A stretch of DNA of 64,000 nucleotides from the sequence record NZ_CP020440.2; one strand, 5' to 3'. The notes beneath the pieces are model-generated. The model was not told the DNA's origin. It did not search any database and saw only the letters and a program-made list of their open reading frames with translations. A program made the position numbers and the translations under genes. This stretch comes from a plasmid. Positions 1-9,701 of the stretch are shown in pieces (position 1 is the first letter of the stretch; every line of letters starts with the position of its first letter).

Positions 1-2
1 AG

Positions 3-713
3 ACCCAGATCATCACCCTGAACGTCAGCGCCTTCACCCCCGAGGACGCGCAGCAGATCGCCGCGGCGGTGTTCCAGGAAAGCTCGGACAAGATCAACGA
101 GCTGTCGGCCATTGCCCTGGACGATGCGACGCGCATGGCCAAGCTTGAACTGGACAAGGCGCGCCAGGAACTGACGGTGACGCGCCAGGCCATGACCGAT
201 TTCCGCATGCGCTCGCAGATCGTCGATCCCACGGCCGACCTCAGCAGCCAGATGGGCGTCATCGCGGGCCTGCAGGGGCAACTGGCCGAGCAACTGGTCG
301 CCCATGACCTGCTGCTGGACAGCGCCCCCCAGACCGACCACCGCGTCATCCAGTCGCAGCAAAAGATCGACGCCCTGCGCCGCCTGATCGACGCCGAGCG
401 CAACAAGTTCGGCGCCGACGGCAAGGGCCCCTCGGGGGAAAGCTATTCGCAACTGATGGCGGAATACGAAAAGCTGTCGGTGGACCGCGAATTCGCCGAG
501 GGCGCCTATCGCTCGGCCCGCATCGCCTATGAGGCGGCCTTGGCCACGGCGCAGCGGCAGTCGCGCTATCTCGCGGCGCATATCCAGCCCAAGGTGGCGC
601 AAAGCTCGACCGAGCCCGACCGGCCCTGGCTGCTGTTCATGGTCTTCGGCCTGCTGCTGACCGGCTGGTCCATCCTGATCCTGATCTATTACAGCATCCG
701 CGACCGCGCCTGA
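3..713 (+). CDS. kpsE: Capsule polysaccharide export inner-membrane protein, KpsE-like; 5' end lies outside the window
   Basis: Reading frame is open from position 3 and ends with a C-terminal TM helix; coiled-coil-like middle typical of KpsE/Wzc-type exporters; immediately followed by a KpsT-like ABC ATPase. Confidence 0.5.
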   Translation, partial: TQIITLNVSAFTPEDAQQIAAAVFQESSDKINELSAIALDDATRMAKLELDKARQELTVTRQAMTDFRMRSQIVDPTADLSSQMGVIAGLQGQLAEQLVAHDLLLDSAPQTDHRVIQSQQKIDALRRLIDAERNKFGADGKGPSGESYSQLMAEYEKLSVDREFAEGAYRSARIAYEAALATAQRQSRYLAAHIQPKVAQSSTEPDRPWLLFMVFGLLLTGWSILILIYYSIRDRA

Positions 714-716
714 GCC

Positions 717-1391
717 ATGATCGTTCTGGACAATCTGACCAAGGTCTACCGTCTCAAGGGCCGGCAGACCGTGGTCGCCGACCGGCTGAGCGCCGTGTTC
801 CCCACCGGCAGTTCGGTGGCGCTGCTGGGGCGCAACGGGGCGGGAAAATCGACCCTGCTGCGGATGATCGCGGGCACCATCGGGCTGGACGGCGGGCAGG
901 TTCTGTCCGACGGGACCATCTCGTGGCCGGTGGGCTTTGCCGGCAGCTTCCATGGCGAGCTGACGGGTGCGCAGAACGTGCGCTTCGTCGCGCGCATCTA
1001 TGGCGTCGATACCGACGAACTGGTCGATTACGTCGCCGATTTCGCCGAACTGGGGCAGCACTATTACCAGCCTTTTGCCAGCTATTCCTCGGGCATGCGC
1101 TCGCGCCTGGCGATGGGCACCAGCATGGGCATCCATTTCGACACCTATCTGGTCGACGAAGTGACCAGCGTGGGCGACGCGAACTTTCGCGCCAAGTCCC
1201 AGCGCGTGTTCAACGACCGGATGAGCAGCTCCAGCGCGATCGTGGTCAGCCATTCGATGCCCATGGTGCGGCAGATGTGCAATATGGGCGCGGTGCTGGA
1301 GCACGGCCGGCTGACCGTCTTTCCCGACCTCGAAGAGGCCATCGCCATGCACGAAAGGAACATGCGCGTGCCGCCCGGCGTTCCCGATTGA
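717..1391 (+). CDS. kpsT: Capsule polysaccharide export ABC transporter ATP-binding protein
   Basis: Walker A motif GRNGAGKST, ABC signature LSGG-like YSSGMRSRL, about 220 aa, a size typical of KpsT/Wzt exporters. Confidence 0.8.
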   Translation: MIVLDNLTKVYRLKGRQTVVADRLSAVFPTGSSVALLGRNGAGKSTLLRMIAGTIGLDGGQVLSDGTISWPVGFAGSFHGELTGAQNVRFVARIYGVDTDELVDYVADFAELGQHYYQPFASYSSGMRSRLAMGTSMGIHFDTYLVDEVTSVGDANFRAKSQRVFNDRMSSSSAIVVSHSMPMVRQMCNMGAVLEHGRLTVFPDLEEAIAMHERNMRVPPGVPD

Positions 1392-1501
1392 AGGCCGGAC
1401 CGTCAAGATTAACCTATGTTTGCTTTGACGCCAGGGGCGCGGCGGGCGTTGCAATTCGGGACAGCCGGCATTTACCAATGGCTGATGAAAGGGATGACGC
1501 C

Positions 1502-2038
1502 ATGAAACATGACGGTCTTCGCCATGCCCTGATGGCGGCCACGCGCGATCTGCACGAGACGCTGGACATCGGCATCGGCGGCTTTCGGTCGGCGCAGGAT
1601 TACGCGCGTTATGTGCAGGGCAGCCTGGCCTTTCGCCAGGCGATCGAGCAGGAACTGGCCCGTGGCGACGATGCCGGCTGGCAGGTTCTGCCCCTCGCCC
1701 CCTCCCTGCGCGGCGACCTTAAGGACCTGGGCCTGTCCGAATGGCCGGTCCCCGCCGCCCCCGCGCTGGAAGGAGCGGCCGCGCGGGCAGGCGCCTACTA
1801 TGTTCTGGAAGGGTCCGCCTTGGGTGCGCGGTTGCTGAAGCGGCGCGCGGGCGAACTGGGGCTGGATCAGGACCGCGGCGCGCGCCACCTTGCCGCACAG
1901 ACTCGGGACGCTGGGCGCTGGAGCCGTTTCCTGGCCTGGCTCGACGGTTCGGGCGCCGGCGCCGCCGAGGCCGGGGCGGCGGCCCGCTCGGTCTTCGGGC
2001 TGGCGCTTGCCGCGTACCGGCTGGACGCGACGGCATGA
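1502..2038 (+). CDS. bphO: Heme oxygenase (bacteriophytochrome-associated BphO)
   Basis: N-terminus LRHALMAATRDLHETLD matches the heme-oxygenase proximal helix with its His ligand; its stop overlaps the bphP ATG (ATGA). Confidence 0.75.
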   Translation: MKHDGLRHALMAATRDLHETLDIGIGGFRSAQDYARYVQGSLAFRQAIEQELARGDDAGWQVLPLAPSLRGDLKDLGLSEWPVPAAPALEGAAARAGAYYVLEGSALGARLLKRRAGELGLDQDRGARHLAAQTRDAGRWSRFLAWLDGSGAGAAEAGAAARSVFGLALAAYRLDATA

Positions 2039-4593
2039 CGGAAATCCCCGCTTCGGACATGATGCTGGCCGGCCAGCCCATCGACCTGACCAATTGCGAC
2101 CGCGAGCCGATCCACATTCCCGGCAGTATCCAGCCCCATGGCTGCCTGCTGGCCTGCGACCACGCCATGCGGCAGGTCCTGCACCATTCGGCCAATGCCG
2201 CTGCGATGCTGAAACTCGACGGCGCCCCGGTCGGGCGCTTCCTGGCCGAGGTGATCGGGGGCGAGGCGAGCCATGCCCTGGGCAACGCCCTGTCCGTTGC
2301 GCTGACCGGCACCGTGCCGCAGCCCGCGACGCTGTTCGGCGTGGAAATCAACGGTCGCATGCTGGATGTCACCGCGCATCGGTTCGACGAACGCACCATC
2401 ATCGAGTTCGAGCCCGCGACCCCTCTGCCGGGTCCGGTGCTGGGCATGGCGCGCACCGTCATCGGCCGCCTGCGCGCCGCCGAGACGCCCGAGCGCCTGA
2501 TCCAGCAGGCCGCGCTGCTGCTGCAGGCGCAGCTGGGCTATGACCGGGTGATGGTCTATGAACTGGGACCCGACGGCGCCGGCAAGGTCGTGGCTGAGGC
2601 CAAGCGCGATTGTCACGAAAGCTTTCGCGGCCAGTATTTCCCGGCAAGCGACATTCCCCGGCAGGCGCGGGCGCTGTATCTGCGCAACCCGATCCGGGTG
2701 ATCGGGGACGTGTCCTTTGCTCCGGTCCCGATCCTGCCCGGGGCCCAGGACCGGCCGCTGGACCTGTCCTATGCCCATCTGCGCAGCGTCTCGCCCATTC
2801 ATTGCGAATACCTGCGCAACATGGGTGTCGCGGCCTCGATGTCGGTCTCGATCATTCTCGACGGGGCGCTGTGGGGCCTGATCGCCTGCCACCATTATGC
2901 CCCACGCGTCCTGAGCATGGCCGAGCGCGCCGCGGCCGAGATGGTGGGCGAATTCTTCTCGATGCAGCTCGACACGCTGCGCCGCCGCCGCGCCCGCAAC
3001 GCGGAAATCGTGGCCCGTCGGGCGCTGGACGACCTGATGGTCGATGCCAGCCGCAGCGACGATGCCGCGGACACCCTGCGCAGCCGCCTGCCGCAACTGG
3101 CGGAACTGATCGCCGCCGAAGGGGTCGGGCTGTGGTTCGACGGCGAATGGACGCCCTTGGGCAACGCACCCGGGCGCGACCTGGTGGGTCCGCTGCTGCG
3201 CCTGGCGCAGGACAGTCCCGACGGGCAGGTGTTCCATACCGATCGCCTGATGGACCATCTGCCGGACGCGTCCGCCCTGACCGCGCAGATCGCCGGCGTC
3301 CTGATCGTGCCCCTGTCGCAGCGGCCGCGCGATTTCCTGTTCTATTTCCGGCCCGAGGCGGTGCGCACCCTGGATTGGGGCGGCGATCCGAACAAGACCT
3401 ACGAGACCGGCCCCTTGGGCGACCGCCTGACACCGCGCAAGAGCTTCGCGATCTGGAAGGAAACCGTCCGCGACCGCTCGCATCCCTGGTCCGAGGCCGA
3501 TCTGAGCTTTGCCGAGGCGCTGCGCATCTCGGTGGTCGAGGTGCTGCTGTTCAACAGCGAAGTCCTGGCGGACGAACGCACCCGGGCGGCGGTGCGCCAG
3601 CGCGTGCTGAACCAGGAACTGAACCATCGCGTCAAGAACATCCTGGCCATCATCCGCTCGCTCGTCTCCCAGCGCCCCACCCAGGGCGAGACGCTGGACA
3701 GCTATGTCGAAACGCTGCGCGGCCGCATCCAGGCGCTGGCCTATGCCCATGACCAGGCCGGGCGGGACGACAGTGGCGGGCTTCTGCGCACACTGGTCCA
3801 GGCGGAACTGGCGCCTTATTCCGGCGATCTTTCCCGGATCGGGGTCGAGGGAACGGAAATCGCGCTGGATGCGCGGGCCTTTTCCGTGATGGCGCTGGTG
3901 CTGCATGAACTGGCGACCAATGCGGTCAAATACGGGGCGCTGGCCCAGGCCTCGGGGCGGCTTTCCATCACCTGGCACCTGGACGATGCCGGCAACTGCC
4001 GGATCGTCTGGCGCGAGACGGGCGTGCCGGACCTGGTCGCGCCGCAGCGCACCGGCTTCGGATCATCCCTTGTCAACGAGGCGGTGCCGTACGACCTGGG
4101 CGGGGAAAGCGGGCTCGACTGGCGCCCGGACGGTGTCGAGGCGCGCTTTACCTTGCCCGCGCGCTTCGTGCGGCTTGCGCCGGCGGCTGCCGCGGCCCCC
4201 AGGACCGAGGAGCCGCCGCCGCCGGAACCGACCCCGGCCCATGCGCTGGACGGTCGCCGCGTGATGCTGGTCGAGGACCAGATCCTGATCGCCATGTCGC
4301 TTGAGGCGGACCTTACGGACTATGGCCTGGTCGTGACCGGCATCGCACCGGATTCCGCGACCGCCTTCGAGATGATCCGCCGCGACCCGCCCGAACTGGC
4401 CGTTCTGGACGTGAACCTGCGCAACGAGGATTCCTTCGGCGTTGCCGCCGCCTTGCAGGATCTGGGCGTGCCCTTTGTCTTTGCAACCGGCTACGGCGGG
4501 GATTTCGAACCGCCGCCTCGGTTCGAGGCTGTCCCGGTCGTGGACAAGCCCTATCACATCAGCGACGTGCTGAGCGGCTTGCGGCAGGCCTGA
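2035..4593 (+). CDS. bphP: Bacteriophytochrome (PAS-GAF-PHY photosensor) fused to HWE-type histidine kinase and C-terminal receiver domain
   Basis: N-terminal biliverdin-binding Cys in LTNCDREPIHIPG, GAF motif IHCEYLRNMGV..SMSVSI, HWE/HisKA_2 H-box ELNHRVKNILAIIRSL, C-terminal REC (VMLVEDQILIA...D); start M99 of the 1741 ORF. Confidence 0.9.
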   Translation: MTEIPASDMMLAGQPIDLTNCDREPIHIPGSIQPHGCLLACDHAMRQVLHHSANAAAMLKLDGAPVGRFLAEVIGGEASHALGNALSVALTGTVPQPATLFGVEINGRMLDVTAHRFDERTIIEFEPATPLPGPVLGMARTVIGRLRAAETPERLIQQAALLLQAQLGYDRVMVYELGPDGAGKVVAEAKRDCHESFRGQYFPASDIPRQARALYLRNPIRVIGDVSFAPVPILPGAQDRPLDLSYAHLRSVSPIHCEYLRNMGVAASMSVSIILDGALWGLIACHHYAPRVLSMAERAAAEMVGEFFSMQLDTLRRRRARNAEIVARRALDDLMVDASRSDDAADTLRSRLPQLAELIAAEGVGLWFDGEWTPLGNAPGRDLVGPLLRLAQDSPDGQVFHTDRLMDHLPDASALTAQIAGVLIVPLSQRPRDFLFYFRPEAVRTLDWGGDPNKTYETGPLGDRLTPRKSFAIWKETVRDRSHPWSEADLSFAEALRISVVEVLLFNSEVLADERTRAAVRQRVLNQELNHRVKNILAIIRSLVSQRPTQGETLDSYVETLRGRIQALAYAHDQAGRDDSGGLLRTLVQAELAPYSGDLSRIGVEGTEIALDARAFSVMALVLHELATNAVKYGALAQASGRLSITWHLDDAGNCRIVWRETGVPDLVAPQRTGFGSSLVNEAVPYDLGGESGLDWRPDGVEARFTLPARFVRLAPAAAAAPRTEEPPPPEPTPAHALDGRRVMLVEDQILIAMSLEADLTDYGLVVTGIAPDSATAFEMIRRDPPELAVLDVNLRNEDSFGVAAALQDLGVPFVFATGYGGDFEPPPRFEAVPVVDKPYHISDVLSGLRQA

Positions 4594-4801
4594 GGGCACC
4601 TCCGCCCGTCAAGCTATCGCAGTGGTAAAGATAGTCTTTGACCTGCTCGCCCCATGCGATACACAGGCGACATTGCCATCGGGCAATGCGATGACCATCG
4701 TGCTCGCGTGGGCTGTTTCCACGCTTGTTCCGACCCTGTTCATCCCTTGACTTTTCGGTGCCCCTCGGGGCGCCTGCGACCCTGAGTCCTGTGGAGTAAA
4801 A

Positions 4802-5899
4802 ATGGCCACCTATTCCCTTTATGTCCTGCCCGCGACGGCATTCACCACCTCGCCGGATGGTTACCAACCTTTTCAGGACGGCTACATCGCGCCTGATGGC
4901 TCGAACTGGCAATATGCGACGGGGACCTTCACCTACGCGCGCGACGCCGCCACCCTGATTACAGTCGATGACACCGACGGCCAAGACACGGTTCTGAACG
5001 ACTATGGCGTCGGTGAAAGCACCCAGCAGCTGGCCGAAGCCGTCGGCGGTTATCCCGCCGGCACGACGGTCGAGAACGAGTTCGAGATCACGGTGGTGGC
5101 CACGGTCGACGGCGTCGAGCGTGAATATCGCCTGGTCGCGCTCAGTGCAAATGGCGCAAGCGGCACCATCGCGGGCTATACTTTCGACGGCCCCTGGCCA
5201 CCCGAAGGCACGCTCTTGACCGCGCGCTGGTCCGGCACCCAGGACAGCGACGGTCAGTCGCTGGACAGCGGCAACATGTTGGCGCCCTGCTTTACCCGGG
5301 GCGTCCGCATCCTGACCGACGCGGGCGAGCGGGCGATCGAGGACCTGCGCGCGGGCGACCTGGTGCTGACCCTCGACCGTGGCTTGCAGCCGATCCGCTG
5401 GATCGGGTCGGCGCGGCTGACTGCGGCTGCGCTGGCGCGCAATCCGGCGATGCGCCCGGTCCGCATCCGCGCCCATGCGCTTGGCCGGGGCCTGCCGGCC
5501 ACCGACCTTGTCGTTTCGCCGCAGCACAGGATCCTGGTCCGTTCGAAGGTGGCGCGCACCATGTTCGGCGCCGACGAGGTGCTTGTCGCAGCCAAGCAGC
5601 TTTTGCAGATCGACGGCATCGACCTGGCCGATGATCTGCACGAGGTCGAATATTTCCACATGCTGTTCGACCGGCACGAGGTGGTCGTGTCGAACGGGGC
5701 GGAAACCGAGTCGCTTTATCCCGGTCCCGAGGCGCTGCGGTCCGTGGGGCGGGCGGCGCTGGACGAAATCCTGGCGCTGTTCCCCGAACTGCGCGCGCTG
5801 ACCCAGGCGCCTGTATCGGCCCGGCTCATGCCCTCGGGACGGCAGTCGCGCAAGCTGGCGGTGCGCCACCTGCAACACGGGCGGCCGTTGGTGTCCTGA
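4802..5899 (+). CDS. Hint (Hedgehog/intein-like) domain protein with an N-terminal domain of unknown function
   Basis: C-terminal half CFTRGVRILTDAGERAIEDLRAGDLVLTLDRGLQPIRWIG...VSPQHRIL is a canonical Hint module as found in Rhodobacterales Hint-domain proteins; no signal peptide; RBS GGAG before the ATG. Confidence 0.75.
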   Translation: MATYSLYVLPATAFTTSPDGYQPFQDGYIAPDGSNWQYATGTFTYARDAATLITVDDTDGQDTVLNDYGVGESTQQLAEAVGGYPAGTTVENEFEITVVATVDGVEREYRLVALSANGASGTIAGYTFDGPWPPEGTLLTARWSGTQDSDGQSLDSGNMLAPCFTRGVRILTDAGERAIEDLRAGDLVLTLDRGLQPIRWIGSARLTAAALARNPAMRPVRIRAHALGRGLPATDLVVSPQHRILVRSKVARTMFGADEVLVAAKQLLQIDGIDLADDLHEVEYFHMLFDRHEVVVSNGAETESLYPGPEALRSVGRAALDEILALFPELRALTQAPVSARLMPSGRQSRKLAVRHLQHGRPLVS

Positions 5900-5924
5900 C
5901 CCGGCGCGCGGCTTCGGAAACGGG

Positions 5925-5960
5925 AAGGGGGCAGGCCAGGCGGCCCGCCCCCTTTTTCGT
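5925..5960. terminator. Bidirectional intrinsic terminator between convergent Hint gene and fba
   Basis: GGGGGCAGGCC-aggc-GGCCCGCCCCC stem followed by TTTTTCG; an A/G-rich run on the other side. Confidence 0.6.
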
Positions 5961-5976
5961 TCTGCCGGCGCCCGGA

Positions 5977-7023
5977 TCAGGCGGCGTAGCGTTTCGCCAT
6001 CGCGGCCAGCGGCAGCGGCTTCAGCTTGGAGGCGTTGCCAGCGGTGCCGAAGGCTTCGTAGCGGGCCTTGCAGATCTCGGTCATCATCTCCATCGCCGGC
6101 TTGAGGTACTTGCGCGGGTCGAACTCGCCCGGCTCCTCGGCAAAGACCTTGCGGATCGCGGCGGTCATCGCCATGCGGTTGTCGGTGTCGATGTTGACCT
6201 TGCGCACGCCCGACTTGATGCCGCGCTGGATTTCCTCGACCGGGACGCCCCAGGTCGGCTTGATGTCGCCGCCATAGCTGTTGATGATCTGCTGCAGGTC
6301 CTCGGGGACCGAGCTCGACCCGTGCATCACCAGGTGGGTGTTGGGCAGGCGGCGGTGGATTTCCTCGATCACATGCATGGCCAGGATCTCGCCGTCGGGC
6401 TTGCGGGTGAACTTGTAGGCGCCGTGGCTGGTGCCCATGGCGATGGCCAGCGCGTCGACGCCGGTGTCCTTGACGAAACGCTCGGCCTCGGCGGGGTCGG
6501 TCAGCAGCTGGTCCTCGGACAGCTTGCCCTCGGCGCCGTGGCCGTCCTCCTTGTCGCCCATGCCGGTTTCCAGGCTGCCCAGGACGCCCAGCTCACCCTC
6601 GACCGAGACGCCGCAGGCATGGGCCATTTCGACCACCTTGGCGGTGACGCCGGCGTTATAGTCGTAATCCGCCGGGGTCTTGCCGTCGGATTTCAGCGAG
6701 CCGTCCATCATCACGCTGGTAAAGCCGTTCTGGATGGCGGTGGCGCAGGTCGCCAGGCCGTTGCCGTGGTCGAGATGCATGCAGATCGGGATTTCGGGAT
6801 AGGCGCGCGACAGGCCCTCGATCAGCGCCTTCAGCACCAGGTCGTTGGCATAGGCGCGCGCGCCGCGGCTGGCCTGCAGGATGACCGGGGAATTGGTCGC
6901 CTGGGCCGCGGCCATCACCGCGAGACCTTGCTCCATGTTGTTGATGTTGAAGGCCGGGACGGCATAGCCGTTCTCGGCCGCATGGTCGAGAAGCTGGCGC
7001 AGCGTGATCATGGACATGGGCAA
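5977..7023 (-). CDS. fba: Class II fructose-1,6-bisphosphate aldolase
   Basis: [27 protein letters not shown] and HLDHG metal-binding motifs; 348 aa. Confidence 0.9.
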   Translation of the reverse strand: MPMSMITLRQLLDHAAENGYAVPAFNINNMEQGLAVMAAAQATNSPVILQASRGARAYANDLVLKALIEGLSRAYPEIPICMHLDHGNGLATCATAIQNGFTSVMMDGSLKSDGKTPADYDYNAGVTAKVVEMAHACGVSVEGELGVLGSLETGMGDKEDGHGAEGKLSEDQLLTDPAEAERFVKDTGVDALAIAMGTSHGAYKFTRKPDGEILAMHVIEEIHRRLPNTHLVMHGSSSVPEDLQQIINSYGGDIKPTWGVPVEEIQRGIKSGVRKVNIDTDNRMAMTAAIRKVFAEEPGEFDPRKYLKPAMEMMTEICKARYEAFGTAGNASKLKPLPLAAMAKRYAA

Positions 7024-8067
7024 TTATCCTTTGCTGGTGGCAAGATAGGCGTGAATGGTGTCGATTTCGTCGCGCGCGCCGAAATACAGCGGCGTCATGG
7101 CGTGCAGGCTGCCGGGCCGGCGGTCCAGGATCGGCCCCTGGCCGTCGGTCGCAAGCCCGCCGGCCTGTTCGATCAGGAAGGCGATGGGCGCGGCCTCATA
7201 GACCAGCCGCAGCCGGCCGTCGCCGTAGCCCGGGCGGCGGTCGTCGGGATACAGAAAGACGCCGCCCTTCAGCAGGATGCGGTGCAACTCGCCCACGGCG
7301 GCGGCCAACCAGCGCATGTTGAAGTCGCGCCCGCGCGGACCCTCGGACCCGGCCCGCAGGTCGCGCGCCCAGGCCTGCAGGCCGGGCGCCCAGTGGCGTT
7401 CATTCGAGGCGTTATAGGCGATGGTCGACGCGGCGGGCTTCAGCGCGACGGCTTCGCGCGTCACGCGGAAGATCCCGGCCTCGGCGTCATGGGTGGCGAC
7501 ATGGGTGCCCTGGCCCAGCGTCCAGCCGAAATCCAGCGAATGGCCAAAGCTGGCGTATCCGGCCCCGACCAGCGCCCGGCCGGGCCGCAGGAACCCTTCG
7601 GGCGCGGCGGGCAGGATCGAATAGAGCATCCCCAGCGGCGCCCCGATGCCGATGCTGCCCGAGCCATCGATGGGGTCGATCGCCACGTCATAGGCCGCGC
7701 CGGGGTTCAACTCGATCACCGCCTCGGCCTCTTCGGACAGGACGCGGCCGACGCCGGCGCGGGCCAGGGCGTCCAGCATGTGGTGATGGGCGGCCAGGTC
7801 CAGCGCCTTCTGCCGGTCGCCGCTGTCGTTGGTGCCCACGACCGCCTCGGGGTCGCCGTGCAGCCGTCCAGCGGCCAAGCGCGCGGCCAGGGGCGGCAGA
7901 GCCTGGGCAATCGCCAGGGTGATGGCGGCGGGGCCGTCGCCCGCCAGCGCCTCGGGCAGGGGGCGTCCGGTCGCGGCGCAGTCGCCCGGCAGTCGCAGCA
8001 TGGCGGCCGGATCGGTCCCGGGGCGGGCCGGGCCGGGGCCTAAGTTGCCTGACTGTGCCAACGTCAT
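7024..8067 (-). CDS. fbp: Fructose-1,6-bisphosphatase class 1
   Basis: FBPase class 1 motifs (AIDPIDGSGSIGIGAP, GRLRLVYEAAPIAFLIEQAGG); start chosen at M53 (MTLAQ) of the 7024..8223 ORF; directly abuts fba. Confidence 0.8.
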   Translation of the reverse strand: MTLAQSGNLGPGPARPGTDPAAMLRLPGDCAATGRPLPEALAGDGPAAITLAIAQALPPLAARLAAGRLHGDPEAVVGTNDSGDRQKALDLAAHHHMLDALARAGVGRVLSEEAEAVIELNPGAAYDVAIDPIDGSGSIGIGAPLGMLYSILPAAPEGFLRPGRALVGAGYASFGHSLDFGWTLGQGTHVATHDAEAGIFRVTREAVALKPAASTIAYNASNERHWAPGLQAWARDLRAGSEGPRGRDFNMRWLAAAVGELHRILLKGGVFLYPDDRRPGYGDGRLRLVYEAAPIAFLIEQAGGLATDGQGPILDRRPGSLHAMTPLYFGARDEIDTIHAYLATSKG

Positions 8068-8228
8068 CAACGGATCCTGTCGAAACCTTGCAGGGGCGCC
8101 GCCGTCACCGGCGGCGGCCCCCCTCTGCCATGCCGCGCGCCGGATGAGAAGCCCTTGATTGCGACAGGGTCCATCCGGCGGCATCATGGGGCGGTTTCCC
8201 CGGGAAAACAGCCCCGGCGGCACCCCGC

Positions 8229-9554
8229 TCAGACGTGCCTGGGTTCGGGCAGCGGGACCTCGGGTTCGGCGTCCAGCAGGTCGAAGCCGTCCGGTTCTTC
8301 TCCGTTCAGGATGCGGCGGGCGCGGTCGCGGTCGATGTCGCCGACCCAGGCCGCGACCACGACGGTCGCCACGCAGTTGCCGATATAGTTGCCGACGGCC
8401 CGGGCGATGCCCATGAACCAGTCGACCGACAGGACCAGCACCAGCCCGATGGCGGGGATTGCCGGGATCGCGGCCAGCGTGGCGGCCAGGATAACGATGG
8501 CCGAGCCGGGCACCCCATGCGCGCCTTTCGAGGTGATCAGCGCCACGCCCAGGATGGTCAGCAGATCCACGGTCGACAGGGGCGTGTTCGTGGCCTGCGC
8601 GATGAACACCGCGGCAAGCGTCAGATAGATCGAGAAAGCGTCGAGGTTGAAGCTGTAACCCGTTGGCACGACAAGGCCCACGGTCGATCCCTTGATGCCC
8701 AGCCGCTCGAGCTTGCGCATGGTCTGGGGCAGGACCGAGTCGCTGGACGCGGTGCCCGCCACGATGCCCAGCTCGGTGCGCAGATAGCGCAGCAGCTTGA
8801 CGATGCTGAACCCGGCCAGACGCATGACGGTGCCCAGGACGACGAAGACGAAGATCGCGATGGTGACATAGAACAGCGCCACCAGATACCCCAACTGCGC
8901 CAGCGAGCCGATGCCGTATTTGCCGACGGTGAAGGCGATGGCGCCGAAGACGCCCAAGGGCGCCAGCCGGACGATGAAGGACATGATCTTGAACGTGACC
9001 TCTCCGGTCAGTTCGATCATGTGCAACAGCGGCTTGCCGCGTTCGCCGATCAGCGACAGCGCGCAGCCGAACAGGACCGCGACCACCAGCACCTGCAGCA
9101 CGTCGCCCTGCGCAAAGCCGCTGACCATGGTGGCCGGGATCAGCTTCATCAGGAAATCGACGGTGCCGCCGCTGCTGACTTCATGCGCGCGGTCCACATA
9201 GGTCGACAGCGCCGAGGCGTCCAGCTGGCTGGGGTCCACGTTCATGCCGTGGCCGGGGCCGAACAGATAGGCCAGCAGGATGCCAAGCGCCAGGGCGATG
9301 GTGGTGATGACCTCGAAATACACGATGGCGCGGACGCCGACGCGGCCCACCTTCTTCAGGTCGCCCGCCCCGGCGATGCCGTGGACGACGACGCAAAAGA
9401 CGATGACCGGGATCAGCATCTTGACCAGCTTGATGAAGGCATCGCCCAGCGGCTTCATCTTGGCGGCGAATTCGGGGGCGAAGAAGCCCGCCGCGACCCC
9501 AAGCACCAGCGCGATGCAGACCTGCCCGAATAGGGACCGTGACCAGCCTGGCAT
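8229..9554 (-). CDS. dctA: C4-dicarboxylate transport protein (dicarboxylate/amino acid:cation symporter family)
   Basis: About 440 aa, multi-TM, DAACS-family motifs throughout (e.g. GxxxLxxxxxPxGxxF region, SSDSVLP-like segment). Confidence 0.85.
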   Translation of the reverse strand: MPGWSRSLFGQVCIALVLGVAAGFFAPEFAAKMKPLGDAFIKLVKMLIPVIVFCVVVHGIAGAGDLKKVGRVGVRAIVYFEVITTIALALGILLAYLFGPGHGMNVDPSQLDASALSTYVDRAHEVSSGGTVDFLMKLIPATMVSGFAQGDVLQVLVVAVLFGCALSLIGERGKPLLHMIELTGEVTFKIMSFIVRLAPLGVFGAIAFTVGKYGIGSLAQLGYLVALFYVTIAIFVFVVLGTVMRLAGFSIVKLLRYLRTELGIVAGTASSDSVLPQTMRKLERLGIKGSTVGLVVPTGYSFNLDAFSIYLTLAAVFIAQATNTPLSTVDLLTILGVALITSKGAHGVPGSAIVILAATLAAIPAIPAIGLVLVLSVDWFMGIARAVGNYIGNCVATVVVAAWVGDIDRDRARRILNGEEPDGFDLLDAEPEVPLPEPRHV

Positions 9555-9701
9555 TCATTCTCTCCCTGCAAGGCAGAAGGGGGCGGCGGATGCCGGTTGC
9601 ATCGCTTGTCCTGCGCACCCCTCCCGGACTGTCGTGGATAGTTGGTAAAAAGCCTCATTCATGTCTAATATTGATTTGGCATTGATCCATAGGGCCACCG
9701 T

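Noticed and set aside
1741-2034. 98-aa N-terminal extension of the bacteriophytochrome ORF
   Set aside because: Arg-rich, overlaps the heme-oxygenase gene in another frame; the conserved phytochrome N-terminus begins at M99 (2035) with ATGA coupling
6322-8043. 573-aa ORF on the plus strand
   Set aside because: Antisense to fba and fbp; no recognisable motifs
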